Assembly (NCBI GenBank): GCA_903813345.2
Contig: CAIIXF020000001.1
Location: forward strand, 32,798,001-32,862,000
Direction: 5' to 3'
DNA from: Owenia fusiformis
Lineage: Eukaryota
Length of the DNA stretch: 64,000 nucleotides
Within the stretch, counting starts at the first letter, position 1, and every line of letters begins with the position of its first letter. Shown here piece after piece: positions 26,320 to 39,182 of the stretch. Position numbers and translations under genes: made by a program. The notes below the pieces were generated by a model. The model searched no databases. It worked only from the letters and a program-made list of their open reading frames with translations, and was not told where the DNA came from.

Positions 26320-28521
26320 CTAAGTACTATACTTAATAGCATAAAATGATTTCACGTCAATTTTGTTTAACAACTCTTTGGTAATAATATGAACTCTTGT
26401 AAAATAATCACCAATGATTTCATTAATTGCATCGTGCGCTAACAAGGAGTATAAAAATAGACTACTTGTATTAAAATGAGAAAAACTATTGTTTATACTT
26501 TTTATTTTACTGATATATAAAGATCGAGCTAGTTTTAGTTCTGATTGAGAACAACAAAAAAGAACGTGTTCTTCATCACCTATTGTATTTTTTGAATTAC
26601 AGAAGAAACAAAATCGTTTCGATTTTTCTACTTTGAAGTATCGACCTCGTTCAATTGGGAAGTTATGCATCGATAACCGTACCTTAGAAATAGATTGTCC
26701 ATAGGTGGAGTTCTGTAAATTAAGATAACTTTCTCTTTTATATGCATGTTTTACTAGTTTATAGCTTCTGAATTTACCTGGAGCATCATTTGGTCTATTG
26801 ATGTCTTGCATAAACATGCTTTTGCATTCTTTTTCTAAATTTGTCATTGTAGATTTAATTAAATTATCAATTTTGACTTTATCACATGTATCGATTTTTT
26901 GTATATCAATATTTTTATTGGATATTGACAAAATCCGAGTGATAAATGAAAAGAAGCTCCAATGCCCTGATACATGTGAGTCTTCCTCATGTTTACTAAA
27001 AATGAATGAATATGAATCAGTTGGTGACTTTTTCAAGTGAAACCAAAATTTTAAAGTACTAATATATTAATGAGCAGCGGGTATCTGCCCAGTTCAGCCT
27101 TGGCTGATACGTTACTGCAGTTATTATTGACGCGTAATACCTGTTTGCAATATCTATTGTGTAACTTCTCAAACGGAAATAAATTATCTAAAAGTACGTC
27201 CTTCAAGGATTTTTCTTTTAACTTTACAATATCTGTAGCCAAAACATCAGAAGCATAGAGTGCAATCGGTTTGACTAAAGTGTCAAATAATTTTATCTGC
27301 GATTTCACATTACTATTATAAAATACATTTTTGACTGCATATTGGGCCTTTAATGCTTTTGAGTACAAAACATTATATGCAGATTTAAAATTACCGTTTT
27401 GATGAAATGTTACACCCAAATAACAATAGTTTGCACACTGTGTAACTATGCTATTACCAAATTTAAAGATATTTTTCTTTTTAGTTTCATTAAATATCAC
27501 CACTTTGGTTTTGTTAATGTTAACATTTAATTTCCATGTATTACAATATTTTTCAAATTTGTTCAGCATCAGCTGTAATCCTTTAGCTGTCTTACTAAAC
27601 AATACTATATCATCGGCATACATCAATGTGTTGATTTTGTTTCCGTCTAGTATATAATAAAGGATAAAAATTTACATCGTTAAACATAGATAGAACATCA
27701 TTAAGATATATATTAAATAACATCGGACTCAAGTTACAGCCTTGTCTAGTCCCTACATTACTGGGAAAGTGTTCTGTAAAACCACCTTTTAGCTTGACTC
27801 TGCATTCAGTATTCACATACATATGGTCAATAACACTAATAAAGCGACTACTTAAGCCTATTTTATGAAGTTTATAGAATAATCCTTGTCGCCATACTTT
27901 GTCAAATGCACGTTTAAGGTCAACAAAACATGCAAACAACGGCTTCTTTATTGCTCTCATGGACTTAATAATACAATTAAGAACAAATATGTGATCAGTT
28001 GTTCGCCGCTCTTTACAAAATCCTATTTGACTTTTGCATAAAATCTTATTCTCTGATAGCCATTGTGCTAATCTTGAGTTTAATATTGAAGTAAATACTT
28101 TACCCAATAAGCTTGTTAAAGTAATCCCTCTATAGTTTTGAGGATCGCTCTCATCACCCTTCTTGTAAAGAGGAACTATATCGCCAGATGACCATATAAT
28201 AGGATAATATGTTGATTTTAGAATGAGATTGAAAAGCTTAGACATATGTTTAATCAGAGTACTGCCGCTATATTTGAGCATTTCATTTGAGATTGTATCA
28301 TTTGCCCCTGATTTTTTGCTTTTCAAGTCTCTCAAAGTTTTGAATATTTCATCTCCACATATTTCTCTATCTAGTTGTTCTATAAGGATGTTTTTCGTTT
28401 TTAATGTATTAAGTTCTGACTCGATTTCATTTTCAAATTCTCGACATGTGGATGTAGGTTTTTTATTCAGATCCGAAAAATATTTAAGCCATGAGTCGGC
28501 ATCAATGTTACTAGTTTTATT
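26320..28521 (-). pseudogene. LINE ORF2, 3' part: reverse transcriptase and C-terminal domain, frameshifted
   Basis: Motifs PQNYRGITLTS, FVDLKRAFDKV, GTRQGCNLSPMLFNIYLND, YADD, YLGV, AELGRYPL and CFFC...DEEHVLFCC, split across ORFs 27610-28335, 27051-27626 and 26320-27036. Confidence 0.93.
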
Positions 28522-31500
28522 AGACTCCAGATTGAAAATCTGGAGTCTATTGTTTTTGCCAGTATTCTTATTAGACTCCAGATTGAAAATCTGGAGTCTA
28601 TTGTTTTTGCCAGTATTCTTATTCTTATTCTTATTATTAGACTCCAGATGAAATCTGGAGTCTATTGTTTTCGTCAGTTTTCTTATTCTTATTCTTATTA
28701 GACTCCAGATGAAATCTGGAGTCTATTGTTTTCGTCAGTTTTCTTATTCTTATTAGACTCCAGATGAAATCTGGAGTCTATTGTTTTCGTCAGTTTTCTT
28801 CTTCTTATTATTATTATTATTCTTTTTCTAAACCAGTTTTCTCAATAACCATAAGGTCTTCAGTAAAGTCAATCATTTGGTCAATTTAGGTCCAGTATCT
28901 AGTTCCTCGAAAATTGGGTCAAATTTTTATCTAGGTCAAAGGTCAAGAACTAGGTCAAATCCAGTACTTTGTCACTTTTTTCGATTTTCTCGGTCGTCCT
29001 TCAATATTTTCGATCCGGTTTTTTTTCATTGTGTTCCTTATAAAAAAGTAGGAAATCTAGGGTCGATTTAGTTTTTTGATATCTCAAACCAATTTCGAGA
29101 TATCAGTGTCCGAAAACGAGGTCCAAAAAAAAGTTCTCCGAATCAAATGTCCAGGATATTAGTCTTATAGGAAATTTTCTCAGGATTCTGAATCTACAAA
29201 CCAAATTTCGATCCGACTTCTGGTTCGGAAGTTATGGCGTTTTGAAAACTCAAAAATCGCTAAATTTGGTGCCCATGTTAAGTCAATGGGAAAAAATATT
29301 TTTTTGAAGTGAAAAATATGGAATATAGACTGAGTTCAGCTTCATATAATCAAAGCCTTTAAAAGAAGGGGACCTCAAAAGCCATCTACCTTCAAAATTT
29401 GGACACCGAAATGCCTAGGTCAAAATCTAGGTCAAATTCATAGGTTTTCCTTATTTTTTCGATTCTGACACTACACTTTAATTATATTCTTCGAAATTTT
29501 GTATGCATGTAGCCAAGAGTGTGCTAATAGTGTTAGCCTTTTGCCGTCAGCAAGTATTTTGCCCCACTTTTGAGATATGGTGTCCGAAAAGTAGGTCAAA
29601 ATAATTTTTTTTCCAAATTTAACATTTGAGTTATGAATTAAGTATAGAATTTTCTCAGGAATCCGAATCTGCAAACCAAATTTCGATCCGACTTCCGGTT
29701 TGGAAGTTATGGCGTGTCCGAAAAGTAGGTCAAAATAAAAAGTTTCCAAATTTAACGTATGAGCTATGAATTAAGGATAGAATTGTCTCTGGAATCCAAA
29801 TCTGCAAACCAAATTTCGATCCGACTTCCGGTTCGGAAGTTATGGCGTTTTGAAATTTCAAGAAAAATCGATCTGATGGTATCCTGATAGAAAGTCAAGA
29901 GTAGAGAAGAAAATATTGAAAAATCCATCCATCCTTCTTTTCTGATCCTATCCTATCCTTCCTATCTACCATTGCTTCGCATCCTCTCCTTCCTGTCCTT
30001 CCTTTTCTATCCCTTCTTCCTATTCTATTCTATCCTTCTTTCCTATTCTATCCTACCGTTCCTTCCTATTCTCTCCTATCCTTCCTTCCTTTTTCATCCA
30101 TCCATCCATCCATCCATCTTTTTCTGGATGACTTAGCTTATTTTGGATGACTTGGCTTATTCTGGATGACTCAGCTAAAAAAGTCTAGATCTGGAGTCTG
30201 AAATTGAACTCGTTCAATTTCCAAAATCTAGTTCTTATTATTATTCTAAACCAGTTTTCTCAATAACCATAAGGTTTTTTAGTAAAGTCAGTCATTTGGT
30301 CAATTTAGGTCCAGAATCTAGTTCCTCGGAAATTGGGTCAAATTTGTATCTAGGTCAAAGGTCAAGAACTAGGTAAAATCCAGTACTTTGTCACTTTTTT
30401 CGATTTTCTCGGTCGTCCTTAAATATTTTCGATCCGGGTTTTTTTCATTGTGTTCCTTATAAAAAAGTAGAAAACCTAGGGTCGATTTAGTTTTTTGATA
30501 TCTCAAACCGATTTTGAGATATCAGTGTCCGAAAACAAGGTCCAAAAGAAAGTTCTCCAAATCAAATGTCCAGGATATTAGTCATATAGGAAATTTTCTC
30601 AGGATTCCGAATCTGAAAACCAAATTTAAATCGGACTTCCGGTTCAGAAGTTATGGCGTTTTGAAAGCTCAAAAATCGCTAAATTTGGTGCCAATGTTAA
30701 GTCAATGGGAAAAAATATTTTTTTGAAGTAAAAAATATGAAATATAGACTGAGTTTAGCTAAATATAATGAAAGCTTTTAAAAGAATGGGACCTCAAAAG
30801 CCATCTAGCTTCAAAATTTGGACACCAAAATGCCTAGGTCAAAATCTAGGTCAAATTCAAAGTTTTTCCTTATTTTTGCGATTCTAACACTACAGATTAA
30901 TTATATTCTTCGAAATTTTGTATACATGTAGCCAAGAGTACGCTAATAGTGTTAGCCTTTTGCCGTCAGAAAGTATTTTGACCCACTTTTGAGATATGGT
31001 GTCCGAAAAGTAGGTCAAAATAAAAAGTTCTCCAAATTTAACGTTTGAGTTATGAATTAAGAATAGAATCTTCTCAGAAATCCGAATCTGCAAACCAAAT
31101 TTCAATTCGACTTCCGGTACGGATGTTATGGCGTGTCCGAAAAGTAGGTCAAAATAAAAATTCGCCAAATTTAACGTATGAGTTATGAATTAGGGGTACA
31201 ATTTTGTCAGGAATCCGAATCTGCAAATCAAATTTCGATCCGACTTCCGGTTCGGAAGTTATGGCGTTTTGAAATTTCAAGAAAAATCGATCTGATGGTA
31301 TCCTGATAGAAAGTCAAGAGTAGAGAAGAAAATATTGAAAAATGCATCCATCCTTCCTTTCTGATCCTATCCTATCCTTCCTATCTACCCTTGCTTCGTA
31401 TCCTCTTCTTCCTATCCTTCCTATTCTATCCCTTCTTCCTATTCTATTATATCATTCTTTCCTATTCTATCCTATAGTTCCTTCCTATTCTATCCTATCC

Positions 31501-33080
31501 TTCCTTCCTTTTTCATCCATCCATCCATCCATCTTTTTCTGGATGACTTAGCTTATTTTGGATGACTTGGCTTATTCTGGATGACTCGGCTAAAAAAAGT
31601 CTAGATCTGGAGTCTGAAATTGAACTCGTTCAATTTCCAAAATCTAGTTATTCTTATTATTATTCTAAACCAGTTTTCTCAATAACCATAAGGTTTTCAG
31701 TAAAGTCAGTCATTTGGTCAATTTAGGTCCAGAATCTAGTTCCTCGGAAATTGGGTCAATTTTTTATCTAGGTCAAAGGTCAAGAACTAGGTCAAATCCA
31801 GTACTTTGTCACTTTTTTCGATTTTCTCGGTCGTCCTTCAATATTTTTGATCCGGGTTTTTTTCATTGTGTTCCTTATAAAAAAGGAGGAAACCTAGGAT
31901 CGATTTAGTTTTTTGATATCTCAAACCGATTTCGAGATATCAGTGTCTGAAAACGAGGTCCAAAAAAAAATTCTCCGAATCAAATGTCGAGGATATTAGT
32001 CTTATAGGAAATTTTCTCAGGATTCCGAATCTGAAAACCAAATTTGAATCAGACTTCCGGTTCGGAAGTTATGGCGTTTTGAAAACTCAAAAATCGCTAA
32101 ATTTGGTGCCCATGTTAAGTCAATGGGAAAAAATATTTTTTTGAAGTGAAAAATACGGAATATAGACTGAGTTCAGCTTCATATAATCAAAGTCTTTAAA
32201 AGAAGGGGACCTCAAAAGCCATCTAGCTTCACAATTTGGACACCGAAATGCCTAGGTCAAAATCTAGGTCAAATTCATAGGTTTTCCTTATTTTTTCGAT
32301 TCTGACACTACACTTTAATTATATTCTTCGAAATTGTGTATACATGTAGCCAAGAATATGTTAATAGTGTTAGCCTTTTGCCGTCAGAAAGTATTTTGAC
32401 CCACTTTTGAGATATGGTGTCCGAAAAGTAGGTCAAAATAAAAAAGTTCTCCAAATTTGACGCTTGAGTTATGAATTAAGTATAGAATTTTCTCAGGAAT
32501 CCGAATCTGCAAACCAAATTTCGATCCGACTTCCGGTTCGGAAGTTATGGCGTGTCCGAAAAGTAGGTCAAAATAAAAAATCTCCAAATTTAACGTATGA
32601 GTTATGAATTAGGGGTAGAATTTTGTCAGGAATCCGAATCTGCAAACCAAATTTCGATCCGACTTCCGGTTCGGAAGTGATAGCGTTTTGAAATTTCGAG
32701 AAAAATTGATCTGATGGTATCCTGATAGAAAGTCAAGAGTAGAGAAGAAAATATTGAAAAATTCATCCATCCTTCCTATCTCATCCTACCCTATCCTTCC
32801 TATCTATCCTTCCTTCATATCTTTTCCTTCCTATCCTTCCTATCCTATTCTATCCTTTCTTCCTATTCTATTCTATCCTATCCTTCTTTCTTATTCTATC
32901 CTATCGTTCTTTCCTATTCTATCCTATCCTACCTTCATATTTTATTTATCCATCTCTTTCTAGATGACTCAGCTTATTCTGGATGACTCGGCTTATTCTG
33001 GATGACTCGGCTAAAAAAAGTCTAGATCTGGAGTCTGAAATTGAACTTCGTTCAATTTCCAAAATCTAGTTATTATTATT

Positions 33081-34564
33081 AGACTCCAGATGTCAATCTG
33101 GAGTCTATTGTTTTTGCCAGTATTCTTCTTCTTATTATTATTTTTCTTTAAGAGTTTTTTCAATAACTATAAGGTATCCAGTAAAGATCATAATACAGTA
33201 TATTTAGGTTCAGTATCTAGTTGGTGGGAAATTGGGTCAAATTTTTATCTAGGTCAAAGGTCAAGAACTAGGTCAAATCCAGTACTTTGTCACTTTTTTC
33301 GATTTTCTCAGTCGTCCTTCAATATTTTCGATCCGGGTTTTTTTTCATTGTGTTCCTCATAAAAAAGTAGTATTAAGAAACACGATTTAGATTTTTGATA
33401 TCTCGAACCGATTTCGAGAAATCAGTGTCCGAAGACGAGGTCCAAAAAAAAATTCTCCGAATCAAATGTCCAGGATATTAGTCTTATAGGAAATTTTCTC
33501 AGGATTCCGAATCTGAAAACCAAATTTAGATTGGACTTCCGGTTCAGAAGTTATGGCGTTTTGAAAGCTCAAAAATCGCTAAATTTGGTGCCCATGTTAA
33601 GTCAATGGGAAAAAATATTTTTTTGAAGTGAAAAATACGAAATATAGACTGAGTTCAGCTTAATATAATGATAGCTTTTAAAAAAATGGGACCTCAAAAG
33701 CCATCTAGCTTCAAAATTTGGACCCCAAAATGCCTAGGTCAAAATCTAGGTCAAATTCAAGGTTTTTCCTTATTTTTGCGATTCTGACACTACAGATTAA
33801 TTATATTCTTCGAAATTTTGTATACATGTAGACAAGAGTGTGCTAATAGTGTTAGCCTTTTGCCGTCAGGAAGTATTTTGCCCCACTTTTGAGATATGGT
33901 GTCCAAAAAGTAGGTTAAAATAAAAAATTCTCCAAATTTAACGTTTGAGTTATGAAGTAAGTATAGAATTTTCTCAGGAATCCGAATCTACAAACCAAAT
34001 TTCGATCCGACTTCCGGTTCAGAAGTTATGGCGTGTCCGAAAAGTAGGTCAAAATAAAAATTTGCCAAATTTAACGTATGAGTTATGAATAAGGGGTAGA
34101 ATTTTGTCAGGAATCCGAATCTTTAAATCAAATTTCGATTTGACTCCTGGTTCAGAAGTTATGGCGTTTTGAAATTTCGGAAAATCGATCTGATGGTATC
34201 CTGATAGAAAGTCAAGAGTAGAGAACAAAATATTGAAAAATTCATCCATCCTTCCTATCTGATCTTACCCTATCCTATCCTATCCTTCCTATCTATCCTT
34301 CCTTCGTATCATTTCCTTCCTATCCTTCCTATCCTCTCCTATCATATCCTTTCTTCCTATTCTGTTCTATCCTATCCTTCTTTCTTATTCTATCCTATCG
34401 TTCCTTCCTATTCTATCCTATCCTACCTTCCTATTTTATCCATCCATCTTTTTCTGGATGACTCAGCTTATTTTGGATGGCTCTGCTTATTCTGGATGAC
34501 TCGGCTAAAAAAAAGTCTAGATCTGGAGTCTGAAATTGAACTTCGTTCAATTTCCAAAGTCTAG
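33081..34564 (+). mobile_element. Intact single Helentron-like element of a second subtype
   Basis: Head AGACTCCAGATGTCAATCTGGAGTCT...TTTTTGCCAGTATTC followed by a body starting GAGTTTTTTCAATAACTAT...CATAATACAG; standard 3' end. Confidence 0.8.
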
Positions 34565-37500
34565 TTATTATTATTATTCCAGGCACGTTTTCTCAATAAC
34601 CATAGGGTCTTCAGTAAAGTCAATCGGTTGGTCAATTTAGGTTCAGAATCTAGTTCCTCGGAAATTGGGTCAAATTTTTATCTAGGTCAAAGGTCAAGAA
34701 CTAGGTCAAATCCAGTACTTTGTCACTTTTTTCGATTTTCTCGGTCGTCCTTCAATATTTTTGATCCGGGTTTTTTTCATTGTGTTCCTTATAAAAAAGC
34801 AGGAAACCTAGGGTCGATTTAGTTTTTTGATATCTCAAACCGATTTCGAGATATCAGTGTCCGAAAACGAGGTCCAAAACAAAGTTCTCCGAATCAAATG
34901 TTCAGGATATTAGTCTTATAGGAAATTTTCTCAGGATTCCGAATCTAAAAACGAAATTTGGATCTGACTTCCAGTTCGGAAGTTATGGCGTTTTGAAAAC
35001 TCAAAAATCGCTAAATTTGGTGCCCATGTTAAGTCAATGGGAAAAAATATTTTTTTGAAGTGAAAAATACGGAATATAGACTGAGTTCAGCTTCATATAA
35101 TCAAAGCCTTTAAAAGAAGGGGACCTCAAAAGCCATCTAGCTTCACAATTTGGACACCGAAATGCCTAGGTCAAAATCTAGGTCAAATTCATAGGTTTTC
35201 CTTATTTTTTCGATTCTGACACTACACTTTAATTATATTCTTCGAAATTCTGTATACATGTAGCCAAGAATATGCTAATAGTGTTAGCCTTTTGCCGTCA
35301 GAAAGTATTTTGACCCACTTTTGGGATATGGTGTCCGAAAAGTAGGTCAAAATAAAAAGTTCTCCAAATTGAATATATGAGTTATGAATTAAGGGTAGAA
35401 TTCTGTCAGGAATCCGAATCTGCAAACCAAATTTCAATTCGACTTCCGGTTCGGAAGTTATGGCGTGTCCGAAAAGTAGGTCAAAATAAAAAATCTCCAA
35501 ATTTAACGTATGAGTTATGAATTAGGGGTAGAATTTTGTCAGGAATCCGAATCTGAAAACCAAATTTCGATCCGACTTCCGTTTCGGAAGTTATGGCGTT
35601 TTGAAATTTCAGAAAATCGATCTGATGGTATCCTGATAGAAAGTCAAGAGTAGAGAAGAAAATATTGAAAAATTCATCCATCCTTCCTATCTGATCCTAT
35701 CCTATCCTTCCTATCTATCCTTCCTTCGTATCCTTTCCTTCCCATCCTTCCTATCCTCTCCTATCATATCCTTTCTTCCTATTCTGTTCTATCCTATCCT
35801 TTTTTCTTATTCTATCCTATCGTTCCTTCCCATTCTATCCTATCCTACCTTCCAATTTTATTCATCCATCTTATTCTGGATGACTCAGCTTATTTAAGAT
35901 GACTGGGCTTAAAAAAAGTCTAGATCTGGAGTCTGAAATTGAACTTCGTTCAATTTCCAAAGTCTAGTTATTCTTCTTCGGGAGTTTTTTCAGTAACTAT
36001 GGGGTATCCAGTAAAGACCATAATACAGTTTATTTAGGTTTAGTATCTAGTTGGTGGGAAATTGGGTCAAATTTTTATCTAGGTCAAAGGTCAAGAACTA
36101 GGTCAAATCCAGTACTTTGTCACTTTCTTCGATTTTCTCGGTTGTCCTTCAATATTTTTGAACCGGGTTTTTTTCATTGTGTTCCTTATAAAAAAGTAGG
36201 AAACCTAAGGTTGATTTAGTTTTTTGATATCTCAAACCGATTTCGAGATATCGGTGTCCGAAAACGAGGTCCAAAAAAAATTTCTCCGAATCAAATGTCC
36301 AGGATATTAGTCTTATAGGAAATTTTCTCAGGATTCCGAATCTGAAAACGAAATTTAGATCAGACTTCCGGTTCTGAAGTTATGGCGTTTTGAAAGCTCA
36401 AAAATCGCTAAATTTTGAGCCCATGTTAAGTCAATGGGAAAAAAGATTTTTTTGAAGTGAAAAATACGAAATATAGACTAAGTTCAGCTAAATATAATGA
36501 AAGCTTTTAAAAGAATGAGACCTCAAAAGCCATCTAGCTTTAAAATTTGGACACCAAAATGCCTAGGTCAAAATCTAGGTCAAATTCAAAGTTTTTTCTT
36601 ATTTTTGCGATTCTGACACTACACTTTAATTATATTCTTCGAAATTGTGTATACATGTAGCCAAGAGTGTGCTAATAGCGTTAGCCTTTTGCCGTCAGAA
36701 AGTATTGTGACCCACTTTTGAGATATGGTGTCCGAGAAGTAGGTCAAAATAAAAAGTTCTCCAAATTTAACATTTGAGTTATGAATAAAGAATAGAATTT
36801 TCTCAGAAATCCGAATCTGCAAACCAAATTTCGATCCGACTTTCGGTTCCGAAGTTATGGCGTGTTCAAAAAGTAGGTCAAAATAAAAATTCGCCAAAGT
36901 TAATGTATGAGTTATGAATTAGGGGTAGAATTTTGTCAGGAATCCGAATCTTTAAATCAAATTTAGATCCGACTTCCAGTTCGGAAGTTATGGCGTTTTG
37001 AAATTTGGGAAAATCGATCTGATGGTATCCTGATAGAAAGTCAAGAGTAGAGAAGAAAATATTGAAAAATTCATCCATCCTTCCTATCTGATCCTATCCT
37101 ATCCTTCCTTCGTATCCTTTCCTTCCTATCCTCTCCTATCATATCCTTTCTTCCTATTCTGTTCTATCCTATCCTTCTTTCTTATTCTATCCTATCGTTC
37201 CTTCCCATTCTATCCTATCCTACCTTCCTGTTTTATTCATCTATCTTATTCTGGATGATTCAGCTTATCTGGATGACTCGGCTTATTTTAGATGACTGGG
37301 CTTAAAAAAGTCTGGATCTGGAGTCTGAAATTGAACTTCGTTCAATTTCCCAAGTCTAGTTATTATTATTATTATTCTTTGGGAGTTTTTTCAATAACTA
37401 TGAGGTATCCAGTAAGGGCCATAATACAGTTTATTTAGGTTCAGTATCTAGTTGATGGGAAATTGGGTCAAATTTTTATCTAGGTCAAAGGTCAAGAACT

Positions 37501-38129
37501 AGGTCAAATCCAGTACTTTGTCACTTTTTTCGATTTTCTCAGTCGTCCTTCAATATTTTTGATCCGTTTTTCTTTCATTGTGTTCCTCATAAAAAAGTAG
37601 TATTAAGAATGTCGATTTAGTTTTTTGATATCTCAAACCGATTTCGAGATATGGCGTCCAGAAAGTAGGTCACACCAAAACGTGCTCCAAATTCAATGTA
37701 TGAGTTATGAATTAGGGGTAGAATTTTGTCAGGAATCCGAATCTACAAACCAAATTTCGATCCGACTACTGGTTCGGAAGTTATGGCGTTTAGAAAACTC
37801 AAAAATCGCTAAATTTTGTGCCCATGTTAAGTCAATGGGAAAAAAAGATTTTTTTGAAGTGAAAAATACGAAATATAGACTGAGTTCAGCTTAATTTAAT
37901 GAAAGCCTTCAAAAGAAGGGGACCTCAAAAGCCATCTAGCTTCAGAATTTGGACACCAAAATTCCTAGGTCAAAATCTAGGTCAAATTCAAAGGTTTTCC
38001 TTATTTTTGCGATTCTGACACAACACTTCAATTATATTCTTCGAAATTGTGTATACATGTAGCCAAGAGTGTGCTAATAGTGTTAGCCTTTTGCCGTCAG
38101 AAAGTATTTTGACCCACTTTTGAGATATG

Positions 38130-38800
38130 GTGTCCGAAAAGTAGGTCAAAATAAAAAGTTCTTCAAATTTAACGTATGAGTTATGAATTAGGGGTAGAAT
38201 TTTGTCAGGAATCCGAATCTGCAAACCAAATTTCGATCTGACTTCAGGTTCGGAAGTTATGGCGTGTCCGAAAAGTAGGTCAAAATTAAAAAGTTCTCCA
38301 AATTTAACGTATGAGTTATGAATTAGGGGTAGAATTTTGTCAGGAATCCGAATCTGCAAACCAAATTTCGATCTGACTTCAGGTTCGGAAGTTATGGCGT
38401 GTCCGAAAATTAGGTCAAAATAAAAAGTTCTCCAAATTTAACGTATGAGTTATGAATTAGGGGTAGAATTTTGTCAGGAATCCGAATCTGCAAACCAAAT
38501 TTCGATCCAACTTCCGGTTCGGAAGTTATTGCGTGTCCGAAAAGTAGGTTAAAATAAAAAGTTTCCAAATTTAACGTATGAGTTATGAATTAGGGGGAGA
38601 ATTTTGACAGGAATCCGAATCTGCAAACCAAATTTCGATCCGACTTCCGGTTCCGAAGTTATGGCGTGTCCAAAAAGTAGGTCAAAATAAAAATTCGCCA
38701 AATTTAATGTATGAGTTATGAATTAGGAGTAGAATTTTGTCAGGAATCCGAATCTTTAAATCAAATTTAGATCCGACTTCCGGTTCGGAAGTGATGGTGT
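38130..38800. repeat. Second tandem expansion of the ~133-bp subrepeat (~5 copies)
   Basis: GTGTCC(G/A)AAA recurs at ~38130, 38264, 38399, 38533 and 38666. Confidence 0.9.
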
Positions 38801-39182
38801 TTTGAAATTTCAGAAAATCGATCTGATGGTATCCTGATAGAAAGTCAAGAGTAGAGAAGAAAATATTGAAAAATTCATCCATCCTTCCTATCTGATCCTA
38901 TCCTATCCTTCCTATCTATCCTTCCTTCGTATCCTTTCCTTCCTATCCTCTCCTATCATATCCTTTCTTCCTATTCTGTTCTATCCTATCCTTCTTTCTT
39001 ATTCTATCCTATCGTTTCTTCCCATTCTATCCTATCCTACCTTCCTATTTTATCCATCCATCTTATTCTGGATGACTCAGCTTCTTCTGGATGACTCGGC
39101 TTATTTTAGATGACTGGGCTTAAAAAAGTGTAGATCTGGAGTCTGAAATTGAACTTCGTTCAATTTCCAAAGTCTAGTTATT

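Larger units (their letters stand above)
28522..39177 (+). mobile_element. Array (right nest) of the same Helentron-like family, inserted into LINE ORF2
   Basis: Five stacked heads (28522, 28573, 28639, 28700, 28755) and one internal head (33081). Seven 3' ends (30231, 31647, 33069, 34564, 35967, 37359, 39177). Flanked by TTATT on both sides (28517-28521, 39178-39182). Confidence 0.85.

Noticed and set aside
28522..28800. Stacked palindromic ~45-bp repeats as a CRISPR array or attC-like cassette sites
   Set aside because: The intervening sequences are only short TTA/TTC tracts, not unique spacers. There is no cas or integrase gene, the context is eukaryotic, and the repeats are the elements' 5' heads.
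1..39177. Autonomous Helitron/Helentron Rep-helicase gene
   Set aside because: No long ORF or HUH/PIF1 motifs in the arrays; all copies are non-autonomous.
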